From NCBI GenBank assembly GCA_020353515.1, contig CP070695.1, positions 4,593,414 to 4,657,413 of the forward strand: a DNA stretch of 64,000 bases. Reading direction: 5' to 3'. The stretch's first letter is position 1. Every line of letters starts with the position of its first letter. Source of the DNA: Candidatus Heimdallarchaeota archaeon. Its GTDB lineage: Archaea > Asgardarchaeota > Heimdallarchaeia > Hodarchaeales > Hodarchaeaceae. The translations under genes were made by a program, and so were the position numbers. Positions 49,628 to 58,379 of the stretch are shown here, piece by piece. The notes under the pieces are model-generated. The model saw only the letters and a list, made by a program, of their open reading frames with translations, searched no databases and was not told the DNA's origin.

Positions 49628-52093
49628 TTAATGGACAAGAAAGGTAGCAACTTTCGATTGTTTAATCTTTTTAATGTCTTCTGGAGATCCTGTTGCGATT
49701 ACTTCTCCTCCCTCAGGACCCCCTTGAGGACCCAATTCTATTAAATAATCTACATAAGACAATACGTCCACATCATGCTCAATTATCAATACAGTATTCC
49801 CTTGGTTAACTAATTTATCTAAGAGAGTAATCGTTTTCAGGATATCATTGTAATGAAGTCCAGTGGTAGGCTCGTCTAAAACATAGAGTGTTTTCTTCTT
49901 CCTCGCCCTTCCCAGTTCCTTAGCCAATTTAATCCTTTGAGCTTCTCCACCACTTAATGTTGTTGCAGGTTGCCCTAGCGTTATATAGCCCATCCCGATA
50001 TCGTCAAGGATGTTCAGATGGTTTATAATTTTCTCTTCATTCTTGAAGATTTCAAGGGATTCAGATACAGTTAAGTTGAGTATTTCATGGATATTCCGTT
50101 CTTTGTATTTTACTTCTAGAATTTCCAACAAATAGCCTGTTCCATCGCATTCTTCACACGGTAAATCGATTTTCGTGAAGAATGAAATCTGTAAATCAAT
50201 AAATCCACCCCCTTTACAATGAGGACACCGTCCTTTATCACTATTAAAGGAAAAATGTCCAGGACTATATTTTCGTGTTCTAGCTACCCGCTGTTTGGCA
50301 AACAACTTTCTGATATCGTCCCAAATTCCAATGTAACTAACAGGATTTGATGTTTTGGTTCTACCAATAGGGGACTGAGAGACTACAATGCAATCTGAAA
50401 CCTCTTCCCAGCCTGAAAGCTTTCCTTTAATTTCATCGATCTGGATGTATCCCTCCTCTTCCCCATTTTTCTTATTGAAATGTTCTTGTAACAAAGGTAC
50501 GAGCGTTTCACTGATTAAAGAACTCTTTCCACTTCCAGAAACACCAGCAACTCCAACCATTATTCCTAAGGGTATTTTTATTTCTATATTTTTCAAATTG
50601 TTTGTAGTTACATCCTTCAGTACAAGGAATCCTGCTGATTTTAATATCTTTCTCTTTTCTGTGGGTTTTTTTCGGGGAAGTTGAAGTTCTCCACTCATGA
50701 ACTTTCCAGTATAAGACTTTTTATTTTTCTTGATTTCCTCTAGCGATCCTTGAAAGATGATCTCCCCACCATTTATTCCCGCACCAGGCCCCAGATCAAT
50801 TATTTGATCCGCTTTTGAAATAATATTTCTATCATGTTCCACAATGATCACGGAATTTCCAAGTTCTTTTATTTCTGATAATATGGTCATTAGACTGTTC
50901 TTTTCAAGCTCATGCATCCCCATACTGGGTTCATCAAGAATGAAAATCAAGGAGTCCAATCCAGCATCCAAATGGGACATTAAACTCAGTCTTTGAAGCT
51001 CTCCACCTGATAAAGTTGTCATACTCCTATTCAAACTGAGATAGGAAAGTCCAACAAGCTTTGATTTCTCGAGACGCTTAATTATTTCATTTTTAAGCGC
51101 TTTTCCATGACTAGTTTTCACATGAGAATCCAAATCTTTCAAGAACTTGATTAATTCAGCGATGGTCATGGTTCCCAATTCTCCGATGTGTTTCTCATTA
51201 ATTAATGCCGTTCTTGCCTGCTCATTGACCTTATACCCATGACAACTGGGACAAGTTACTTTCGTCATAAAATTCTTTTCAATCTTATTCCTTCTATAAG
51301 CACTTGTGGTTTTGGCCATCGCTCTTTCAAGATGGGGGATGATTCCTTCAAATTTTGTTTCTATCAGGCCCTCAAATCTTCGAGATTTCCACTTGAATTG
51401 CATCTTCTTGTCTGTTCCATACAAAAAAATATCCTGAATCTTTTGGGGGAGTCGGTTGTATGGGGTATTGATATCAAATTCCATTACGTCAGCTAAACCT
51501 ATTGTAAAATTCTTCATGTCTCCAAAAGCAGCTGATCCACTTGCACAGATTTCTAGGAGATTTTTTGTAGGATCGGGTATCAACTTTTCCTCACGAAATT
51601 CTGCGATATAACCTCTTCCTTTACATTCTAAGCACATTCCAGAAGGTTCGTTATAACTGAAGTGCTTGATCTCAAGATTTATTGCCTTCATTCCACAAGT
51701 TGGGCATGATAGATCAATATCAACTGGTATTTGACAAATCTGACATGTTTTTATACTTTCTAAGGCAAATAGATGACGTAATAAAGTGTAGATTGTGGTT
51801 TTTGTTCCAACAGTGGATCGAGGACTAACAATACGGGCAGTTCGTTGTTCTACTGCCACGGTCGGAGACAACCCACTTAATAAATCGAATGGTTTCTCTT
51901 TCTCAACTTTGGGAGGTAGTCCTATCGATTGGAGATATCGTCTCATTCCTTCTTCAAACAGAATGTCGAAAGCGAGTGAGCTTTTCCCGGAGCCTGAAAC
52001 TCCAGTAATCGCAATGATTTGGCTTTTCGGAATATTAACATTTATGTTTTTCAAATTATGAATTCTTGCCCCAACTACTTTAATCTGATTCAT
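49628..52093 (-). CDS. Class II UvrA-like ATPase (UvrA2/DrrC type, lacks the UvrB-binding domain)
   Basis: Two ABC modules (GVSGSGKSS x2, LSGGE x2). Only ~9 aa separate CQIC and CPTC, where canonical UvrA has a ~110-aa UvrB-binding domain. Confidence 0.9.
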   Translation of the reverse strand: MNQIKVVGARIHNLKNINVNIPKSQIIAITGVSGSGKSSLAFDILFEEGMRRYLQSIGLPPKVEKEKPFDLLSGLSPTVAVEQRTARIVSPRSTVGTKTTIYTLLRHLFALESIKTCQICQIPVDIDLSCPTCGMKAINLEIKHFSYNEPSGMCLECKGRGYIAEFREEKLIPDPTKNLLEICASGSAAFGDMKNFTIGLADVMEFDINTPYNRLPQKIQDIFLYGTDKKMQFKWKSRRFEGLIETKFEGIIPHLERAMAKTTSAYRRNKIEKNFMTKVTCPSCHGYKVNEQARTALINEKHIGELGTMTIAELIKFLKDLDSHVKTSHGKALKNEIIKRLEKSKLVGLSYLSLNRSMTTLSGGELQRLSLMSHLDAGLDSLIFILDEPSMGMHELEKNSLMTILSEIKELGNSVIIVEHDRNIISKADQIIDLGPGAGINGGEIIFQGSLEEIKKNKKSYTGKFMSGELQLPRKKPTEKRKILKSAGFLVLKDVTTNNLKNIEIKIPLGIMVGVAGVSGSGKSSLISETLVPLLQEHFNKKNGEEEGYIQIDEIKGKLSGWEEVSDCIVVSQSPIGRTKTSNPVSYIGIWDDIRKLFAKQRVARTRKYSPGHFSFNSDKGRCPHCKGGGFIDLQISFFTKIDLPCEECDGTGYLLEILEVKYKERNIHEILNLTVSESLEIFKNEEKIINHLNILDDIGMGYITLGQPATTLSGGEAQRIKLAKELGRARKKKTLYVLDEPTTGLHYNDILKTITLLDKLVNQGNTVLIIEHDVDVLSYVDYLIELGPQGGPEGGEVIATGSPEDIKKIKQSKVATFLVH

Positions 52094-52105
52094 TTTTTCA
52101 CTCTC

Positions 52106-53248
52106 TCATAGTTTTATTTGCAATAATTTCCTAAATCCACTTTCTTCTAGGTTAATGATATCTTCAACGAGTTTGGCTAATCCTGTTAAATCTAGGAGTT
52201 GTAAACATTCTTCCTCGTCTTGATCCAAAACCTTCTTGATATTACTCGAAAATTCAGTCCACAACGCAGCTGATTTCGCAATTTTCTCCATTGCATCCTT
52301 CAAATAGAAGAGTTCCTCCTCCTTCCAAGCATGTATTCCCTCTCTAATGTCATGATGATTCAAAAGTTCTTTCAAATAGTTTGAATAAAGATTTCGAAAG
52401 ATAGCTCCTCCTGTTCCCATTTCCTCGATTAATCCATATACCATTTCAAGTGTAAATGCTGCCTTTGATATAGTTTCATTGGAATAAGGTGTTTTCATTG
52501 TTCCTTTCAAAATATTTGGCCAAGTTGGTATTGATTCCATAAATGATTTTAATGCAGGAATCCCATGATAGTTTGTTGATGGAGCTACGACTTGTCGGGC
52601 AACCTGTTGAAGGGGCAACTTTATTGCTCTAGCAAAGGGAGATTTTTTCCCATCTGATCTTTTAAAGATACGAACATGTTTATTATGGGGATGCAAGAGT
52701 CGCTCTCCAAATTTTGAACTGCGTGCTTTCTTGAGGTCTTCGATTGGAACCTCTTGAACATCATCAAATTCTGTATCATAGATAAAGGCTACATCTTTTA
52801 CTTCATCATATCCAGTTAGTGTAACATAATGGCCTCCAAAGTGCATTTCTTCGGGCCAATCAAAATATGATAAGAAACCCATATCAACCTGCAATCCTAA
52901 GGGAATATTTTGCGTGATCCATTTTTTAGAAACTTCCCAAGCAATATTAGCAGAAGTAAACGTTTCTATACTAATATTCAATCCCAATATACGGCACACC
53001 ATACTCTCATCAGTGACTGTTCCTTGTTTCCCTCCAATGAATAACGGAAATTCCCTACCAAACAAATCTTCTGTTTGATCACTCTGTGAATTATTGAAAA
53101 AAGTAAATCCAAATGTGCAATCTAGACCAAACACCATATTCTCAGTAATTTCAACTCCTTCATGTACAATTAGGTTTCTTAATGTTGTAGATTCACAATG
53201 GCTCCCCTTATTATGGGAAAAATTTTCAATAGTATGACTTGTATTCAT
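52106..53248 (-). CDS. Second BtrH_N/DUF4872 papain-like protein
   Basis: HCESTTLRN, ENMVFGL, VDMGFLSY, FGGHYVTLTGY, IYDT, GTGGAIFR. Confidence 0.82.
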   Translation of the reverse strand: MNTSHTIENFSHNKGSHCESTTLRNLIVHEGVEITENMVFGLDCTFGFTFFNNSQSDQTEDLFGREFPLFIGGKQGTVTDESMVCRILGLNISIETFTSANIAWEVSKKWITQNIPLGLQVDMGFLSYFDWPEEMHFGGHYVTLTGYDEVKDVAFIYDTEFDDVQEVPIEDLKKARSSKFGERLLHPHNKHVRIFKRSDGKKSPFARAIKLPLQQVARQVVAPSTNYHGIPALKSFMESIPTWPNILKGTMKTPYSNETISKAAFTLEMVYGLIEEMGTGGAIFRNLYSNYLKELLNHHDIREGIHAWKEEELFYLKDAMEKIAKSAALWTEFSSNIKKVLDQDEEECLQLLDLTGLAKLVEDIINLEESGFRKLLQIKL

Positions 53249-53251
53249 TTT

Positions 53252-53932
53252 TCATACCTCTCGAAATTTAAACTCTCCTTCATCTTCTCTAATGGATTGA
53301 ATAAACTCCTCTACCCATTGTCTTTGAGCTTTGACTATATAGTATGGCCTTTCAAATAAGGCTTTGACAACAAATTTATGTCTAGAACTTTGAAACTCTT
53401 TTGCAGTCGCACCTCCTACTATAATCTGGTTAGGGGCAGATTTTACAATTTCCTCCACATTCTCCATTTTTTCAAGTTGTAGCTCAAACCAGTAAATACC
53501 GTTGTCAAGTTCTCCCTTATATTCCTCCAAAGCAGAAAGGGCATCAGATTTAGGCAAAAGAGAAATTCCCGCTAATCCTAAATCGAATAAGGATTTTGTT
53601 CTTGGAGGACTACGCAGACAAAACTGGATTTGCTCGCAAATTTTCTGTTCCCCGATTTCAGTGATTGTGTAGATTTTTTTAGAGAGCTGTTCATCCCGTT
53701 TTTTCTCTCCTTGAATGTACTTTTTATTTTCTAATATACCTAAACTCTTATAGATTGTTGACAGTTTCATATCAACCCATTCTTCGAACCCCCTCTCATC
53801 AAGTATTTTCTTGATATGCCAAGCATGTGCTGGTCCTTCTGATAAGATTAATAACAATGCTATTTGGGTTGCTGGGATAAATTTCACTTTATTAGATTGA
53901 GTTTGGTTCTTTCTTGATTTTTGACTCTGCAT
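53252..53932 (-). CDS. PadR family transcriptional regulator
   Basis: LLILSEGPAHAWHIKK, STIYKSLGILE, KKIYTITEIG. Confidence 0.85.
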   Translation of the reverse strand: MQSQKSRKNQTQSNKVKFIPATQIALLLILSEGPAHAWHIKKILDERGFEEWVDMKLSTIYKSLGILENKKYIQGEKKRDEQLSKKIYTITEIGEQKICEQIQFCLRSPPRTKSLFDLGLAGISLLPKSDALSALEEYKGELDNGIYWFELQLEKMENVEEIVKSAPNQIIVGGATAKEFQSSRHKFVVKALFERPYYIVKAQRQWVEEFIQSIREDEGEFKFREV

Positions 53933-53952
53933 TTATTATCGCCACTTAAAGA

Positions 53953-53991
53953 ATATTCTACTAATGTAACTTCTACTAGTAGAATATATAA
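53953..53991 (-). promoter_or_regulatory. TATA box plus palindromic operator upstream of padR
   Basis: Perfect 14-bp palindrome TTCTACTAGTAGAA (53971-53984), a further half-site ATATTCTACTA (53953-53963), and minus-strand TTATATA at ~53985-53991. Confidence 0.65.
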
Positions 53992-54089
53992 CAATGTCTA
54001 AATGGGTAATTCTATGATATCCGGATGATTTCTCTAGGCCTATTATTAAAAAATTAGATATCTAAACTTATAAGGATTGGATAAGAATA

Positions 54090-54368
54090 ATGAATTTTCC
54101 GAATACACCGTGTTATTATTATAAGAGTAAGATTGCAGTCACAAAATGTGAACGATACAATCATCCTATCTGTTTAGAAGACAAACGAATATATAAAAGA
54201 ACAAGATGTTATAAAAATGGAGTGAGTAATGGAAGAGTATCCTATTCATATGATTATGTGTACTATGATTGTATTCCGTGTAATGCAATTGATACCACAC
54301 ATAAGAAGCAGAGCTTTGAAAGAAGTTTGTCTCCAAATGATGAACTCAGAGGTGACCCTAGTGAATAA
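54090..54368 (+). pseudogene. Degenerate Zn-finger (B-box-like) ORF fragment
   Basis: CYYYKSKIAVTKCERYNHPICLED resembles CYYH..R.AV.KCE.C..PICLED with ligands lost; later CIPC. Confidence 0.4.
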
Positions 54369-55176
54369 TTTTCAAAATCGTGATAGTTGGAACACTATTT
54401 CAAGATCGTATCAAGGTGAGAAACGAATTTCCCTACAAGACGTTCATTACGGTCCTGTTGCTCCTGGCGAAAGGAAATTAAATTTCCTCGGTGATGTTAA
54501 GGGTAAAAGAATCTTAGAACTCGGTTGCGGGGGTGGCCAAAACTCAATTGTGCTAACCAAATGGGGTGCAGAAGTTATTGGGTTAGATATCTCAGATATT
54601 CAGCTAGAACATGCGAATACCCTCGCAAAAGAGGAAGGCGTAAGAGTCCAATTTGTACAGGGGAGGATGGAAGACTTAGAAAGATTTAAAAATAATACAT
54701 TCGATATTGTAATTTCTTCCCATGCTATTGGGTATGCAGACGATTTAAAGGCAGTGTATAAGGAAACTGCCCGTGTTCTAAAACCTGAAGGATTCTTAGT
54801 GTTTTGTTTCGAGCATCCTATTTACTTAACTATTGGATCAGCACTAGAAGAATGGGATTTTAAAAAGGTTAAAAACTACTTTGATAGAAACCGAGAAGAA
54901 TGGGATTGGTCCTGTTTTGACGGAACTATAGCAACGTTCAATCAAGGAAATTGGTCGATTAAGGAAATTATCAATGATTGCATTGAAGTAGGATTGCATA
55001 TAATTCGAATAGAGGAACCTCAAGCACATGATATCGCTAATATGGATAAGAAAGCCAGGTCAGCTGTTCCTTACATCTCAGCAGTGGATGAAACACATGA
55101 TAACTACTTTAACAAATTTGTACAGGTAATTAGAATCATCCCGTTTTCATTAATACTCAAAGCTAAAAAGTCATGA
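54361..55176 (+). CDS. Class I SAM-dependent methyltransferase
   Basis: ILELGCGGGQ, GLDISDIQL, FDIVIS, RVLKPEG. The likely start is GTG 54361 after GAGGTGA. Confidence 0.9.
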   Translation: MNNFQNRDSWNTISRSYQGEKRISLQDVHYGPVAPGERKLNFLGDVKGKRILELGCGGGQNSIVLTKWGAEVIGLDISDIQLEHANTLAKEEGVRVQFVQGRMEDLERFKNNTFDIVISSHAIGYADDLKAVYKETARVLKPEGFLVFCFEHPIYLTIGSALEEWDFKKVKNYFDRNREEWDWSCFDGTIATFNQGNWSIKEIINDCIEVGLHIIRIEEPQAHDIANMDKKARSAVPYISAVDETHDNYFNKFVQVIRIIPFSLILKAKKS

Positions 55177-55244
55177 TATACGACTTTTTCTCACCATCCT
55201 ATCTTTAAATAACCCCTAGCACAAATGCAAAAATAGAAAGGTAA

Positions 55245-55588
55245 ATTCCACTAAACAAAAAAAAAGTTGATGAGGTTGATCGCATCCTAATGAGATTAGA
55301 AGCAGGTACCTCAGTCGAGGCAATTTTTGATGACACTAGTATTCCTTTAGAATCAATTAAGAAAGTAAAATATTATTACAAAGCGTCAAATTATGCAAGA
55401 AGAGTGCCTTTGATCCCAGAGTTGTAAACAAATTGAAAAAAACTCATAAATGTTGTAAATGCGAGGCAGAGTTCTACGCGAGCTATAAGGGATTATATTA
55501 TTGTCCGATTCATCTAGAAGAAGCGCTAGCTAAAGAGAAGAAAGCCACTAAAGAAAAGATTGAAAGCCTAACTCTGAAAAATCATTAG
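55245..55588 (+). pseudogene. Frameshifted HTH + Zn-finger gene remnant
   Basis: One frame reads VDEVDRILMRLEAGTSVEAIFDDTSIPLESIKKV; another continues KKTHKCCKCEAEFYASYKGLYYCPIHLEEALAK. No clean start codon. Confidence 0.35.
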
Positions 55589-55703
55589 CACTAGAAATTT
55601 TATATTGAACGCAGTTTAGATTAAAAAGAAAGTTTCTTAAGAAATCAGAAAAAATTCTTAATATAGCTGATGGTAATTTTATTACAATACGGAGATAACT
55701 TTA

Positions 55704-56261
55704 ATGTCCACCGATGAAATTCTATTTGAAATGCCTCATTTTTCGCAATATAAGATCGTTGTAGCTGGTGATGCGCTAGTTGGAAAGACTCAATTAGTAT
55801 CTGTATTTACTGGAAGAGATTTTGAGCACAAACCGACCGCAGGAGCTGATATTTCGTTTCTTAAATTACGGGGTAAAGGAGATAAAGGTGACCAAACAAC
55901 AACTGCTATTTTTTGGGATCTATCAGGACAACCTGCTTTTGATAAAGTACGCCCCCTCTTCTATGAGGGAGCCCATGCAGTAATCTATACTTTTGATGTA
56001 ACTAGGGAGTCTACGGTTTTATCACTTCCAAGCTGGGTGAAAGAAGTGAAAAAAAATCTACCTAATAGTCCCGCTATCTTAATTGGGAATAAAATTGATC
56101 TGAAAAAAGAACGACAAGTTAGTGATGATATAGGCCAGAAATTTGCTGATCGAATGAACGCAGCATACTTTCCGACATCTGCTACCAAGAATCAAGGCGT
56201 TGGGACAGCTTTTGCATCTGCGATTCGACGCGCTGTGTATTTCAGGGATGCAGAGGGATAA
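55704..56261 (+). CDS. Rab-like small GTPase
   Basis: GDALVGKT, PTAGAD, WDLSGQ, NKID, TSAT. Confidence 0.92.
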   Translation: MSTDEILFEMPHFSQYKIVVAGDALVGKTQLVSVFTGRDFEHKPTAGADISFLKLRGKGDKGDQTTTAIFWDLSGQPAFDKVRPLFYEGAHAVIYTFDVTRESTVLSLPSWVKEVKKNLPNSPAILIGNKIDLKKERQVSDDIGQKFADRMNAAYFPTSATKNQGVGTAFASAIRRAVYFRDAEG

Positions 56262-56282
56262 ACAGCTCCTTTCTTGAAATTA

Positions 56283-56951
56283 CTAATCAAAACCCTTTAA
56301 TAACTCCGAAACGCGTTTTTGAACATTTTCAAGTCGATTTGAGCTCAGAAGATCGATATACTGAATTATTCCATGATTATTTGAGAAAGAAATCTTCCAA
56401 TTAGAAGGATATGGATCGCTAATGATTCCTTTTTTGGCTAGATCACGAGTGAATGTGCCAACCTTCCTGATTAAGGAAGGATAAGCCTGAATGGCTTCTC
56501 CTGCTGCCTCTGTTGTCATTAATACAGGAAAAAATCGAGAAAAAGTTTCAATCTTAGCCAGTCCAACTACATTTGGTAGCTTTACTTGGATTTCTTTGTC
56601 ATTCAATTGAAATTGCATATTCTGGAACTCATAGACATAGTCCTGCCAAGTCAAATAGTGGATTATCAATGCCAATAATTCACGACTATAATAGGGTTTT
56701 ATGATAATAGACCCAATTTTGTCAAAAGGAAAGCTCCAACCAAATAGACAACTACTCCCTCCAGGATACAGAGTTGTTCCTTTCATTTGAACGCCTAGTT
56801 TTTGTGATATTCGGTTTATAGCTTCACAGCTCAAACTATTCCCTTTGGAAAAGCCAACAATACTTTCAACTAAGTCGAGGCTTTTTTGCAATGCACAAGA
56901 GGAAATCTGGTTTTTGTACTCAGGAAATAAAAAAAATGGAATGCGAGACAT
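56283..56951 (-). CDS. Atypical protein-kinase-like fold protein (putative)
   Basis: Gly loop PGGSSCLF, beta3 IIIKP, LMTTEAAG hinge, catalytic-loop-like GIISDPYPSNW, DFG-like YIDL. Confidence 0.5.
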   Translation of the reverse strand: MSRIPFFLFPEYKNQISSCALQKSLDLVESIVGFSKGNSLSCEAINRISQKLGVQMKGTTLYPGGSSCLFGWSFPFDKIGSIIIKPYYSRELLALIIHYLTWQDYVYEFQNMQFQLNDKEIQVKLPNVVGLAKIETFSRFFPVLMTTEAAGEAIQAYPSLIRKVGTFTRDLAKKGIISDPYPSNWKISFSNNHGIIQYIDLLSSNRLENVQKRVSELLKGFD

Positions 56952-56957
56952 AGGTTA

Positions 56958-58370
56958 TTAAACCCAATCTGCAGAGTCAATCTTTGTGGGCAGATAGGTA
57001 CCAGTCATAAATCGCCAGTCTTTCCCAGCTAGCGCTTGGATCTCGGCCTTTCTCCCAGTTTCAGTCATAATTTTAATCTGTTTTTCCCATTCAGGACGAG
57101 ATTTCACAAAATCTTCTTGAAGTAAATCCTCGGCTCGTTTCATGTCGTTTTCGGTCATTTTGATGAGCACAGACTTTGGAATTGAATATTCCTTGATATC
57201 GGAAGGTAATAATCCTAGCCATCGAATATCTGGAACAGCAAGTTCCACACTTTCAAAACTCAGGGCTTTACTCCCTATTGAATACACTCTCAAGATATCT
57301 AGACCATAAGGATCAGCATCTAAAAACCCCAAGATTGGAATTTGTAGCTCTTCATGAATCTTTTTGATGAACATTCTCGTGGCCATATCTGGTTGGCCAG
57401 AAGCGGTTATTAAAACGCATGGAAGATAGTTAAAGAATTTATCTTCTGCTAAATCTTGGAAAACTGCATCTTTTTCTATCACTAGGACGAATTCGGCATC
57501 ACTCTCGATATTGTCAATCTGATCTAACATCGGAGTAATAGCATGCCCTCCTAAGCCTTGAGTACAATCAATCCGATCCCCGCCTTCAGTAAAAGACATT
57601 CTACCTATGACTTTCCCTTTCGCAGAAGCGATTACGTTCAAAGAATTTCGAGATACCCGTAATAATGCTCCTAGGTCTTCAATTAATCCGTCGGATACTC
57701 GTTGATTTTCAAATAGGTTGACATCACGATAAAATAAGTGTCGCTTTGTCGCATGTTTTTCGGTATCGAGGATTTCACTTACATACCGCATTAAACCTGT
57801 CAACTGTACAACACTTTTCACACTACTGAGGTGGCGAAATTGTCTATCAACTACATGGCTTCCTAAGAGAACCATTTTAGAATTGTCATCATAACCTACA
57901 TTTTCAGAACTACGAGCTGGAATGCGAAATGCTGCTCCTTTGGGATCCTCAGCAATTTCTTCAAGAAATCTTCTTGCAACTGCCTGTAAACGTGCCCTTG
58001 TTTCCTCTGGAAGTACATTGTCTACTTTAAGAACTGATACAGGTAAGTCGATATCCTGAGACGTCATCACCTTTCGTAGTTCCTTTACTTTGGATAAATC
58101 AACTTTTCGTCGTATTTGTAATACTACCTCCTCTGACTTTGCCAATTGCCACAGTGAATCAAGATTACTCTTTTTAAGTTCTTGATAACGTTTTGTTTTC
58201 TTTGCTCCAAAAAAGATTAAAAACGGTTGTTTTGTTTTTAAACCTAGCTGGTTTTTTACAATCGTTCTAATGGCACTAAGAGAACCATCTTTTTCAATAT
58301 CAGATTTTATAACCTTATTAGTGAAGGAATAATCTTCAATAATTGTTTTAATAAATTGTTTAGACACCAT
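56958..58370 (-). CDS. top6A: DNA topoisomerase VI subunit A (Spo11 homologue) with N-terminal extension
   Basis: Winged helix TKRHLFY (catalytic Tyr), TOPRIM VIEKDAVF and DADPYG, WLGLLPSDI, KAEIQAL. Confidence 0.95.
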   Translation of the reverse strand: MVSKQFIKTIIEDYSFTNKVIKSDIEKDGSLSAIRTIVKNQLGLKTKQPFLIFFGAKKTKRYQELKKSNLDSLWQLAKSEEVVLQIRRKVDLSKVKELRKVMTSQDIDLPVSVLKVDNVLPEETRARLQAVARRFLEEIAEDPKGAAFRIPARSSENVGYDDNSKMVLLGSHVVDRQFRHLSSVKSVVQLTGLMRYVSEILDTEKHATKRHLFYRDVNLFENQRVSDGLIEDLGALLRVSRNSLNVIASAKGKVIGRMSFTEGGDRIDCTQGLGGHAITPMLDQIDNIESDAEFVLVIEKDAVFQDLAEDKFFNYLPCVLITASGQPDMATRMFIKKIHEELQIPILGFLDADPYGLDILRVYSIGSKALSFESVELAVPDIRWLGLLPSDIKEYSIPKSVLIKMTENDMKRAEDLLQEDFVKSRPEWEKQIKIMTETGRKAEIQALAGKDWRFMTGTYLPTKIDSADWV

Positions 58371-58379
58371 TAATCCATC

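Noticed and set aside
29930-52093. A complete uvrABC set in this window
   Set aside because: The UvrA lacks the UvrB-binding domain and sits in a separate PadR operon
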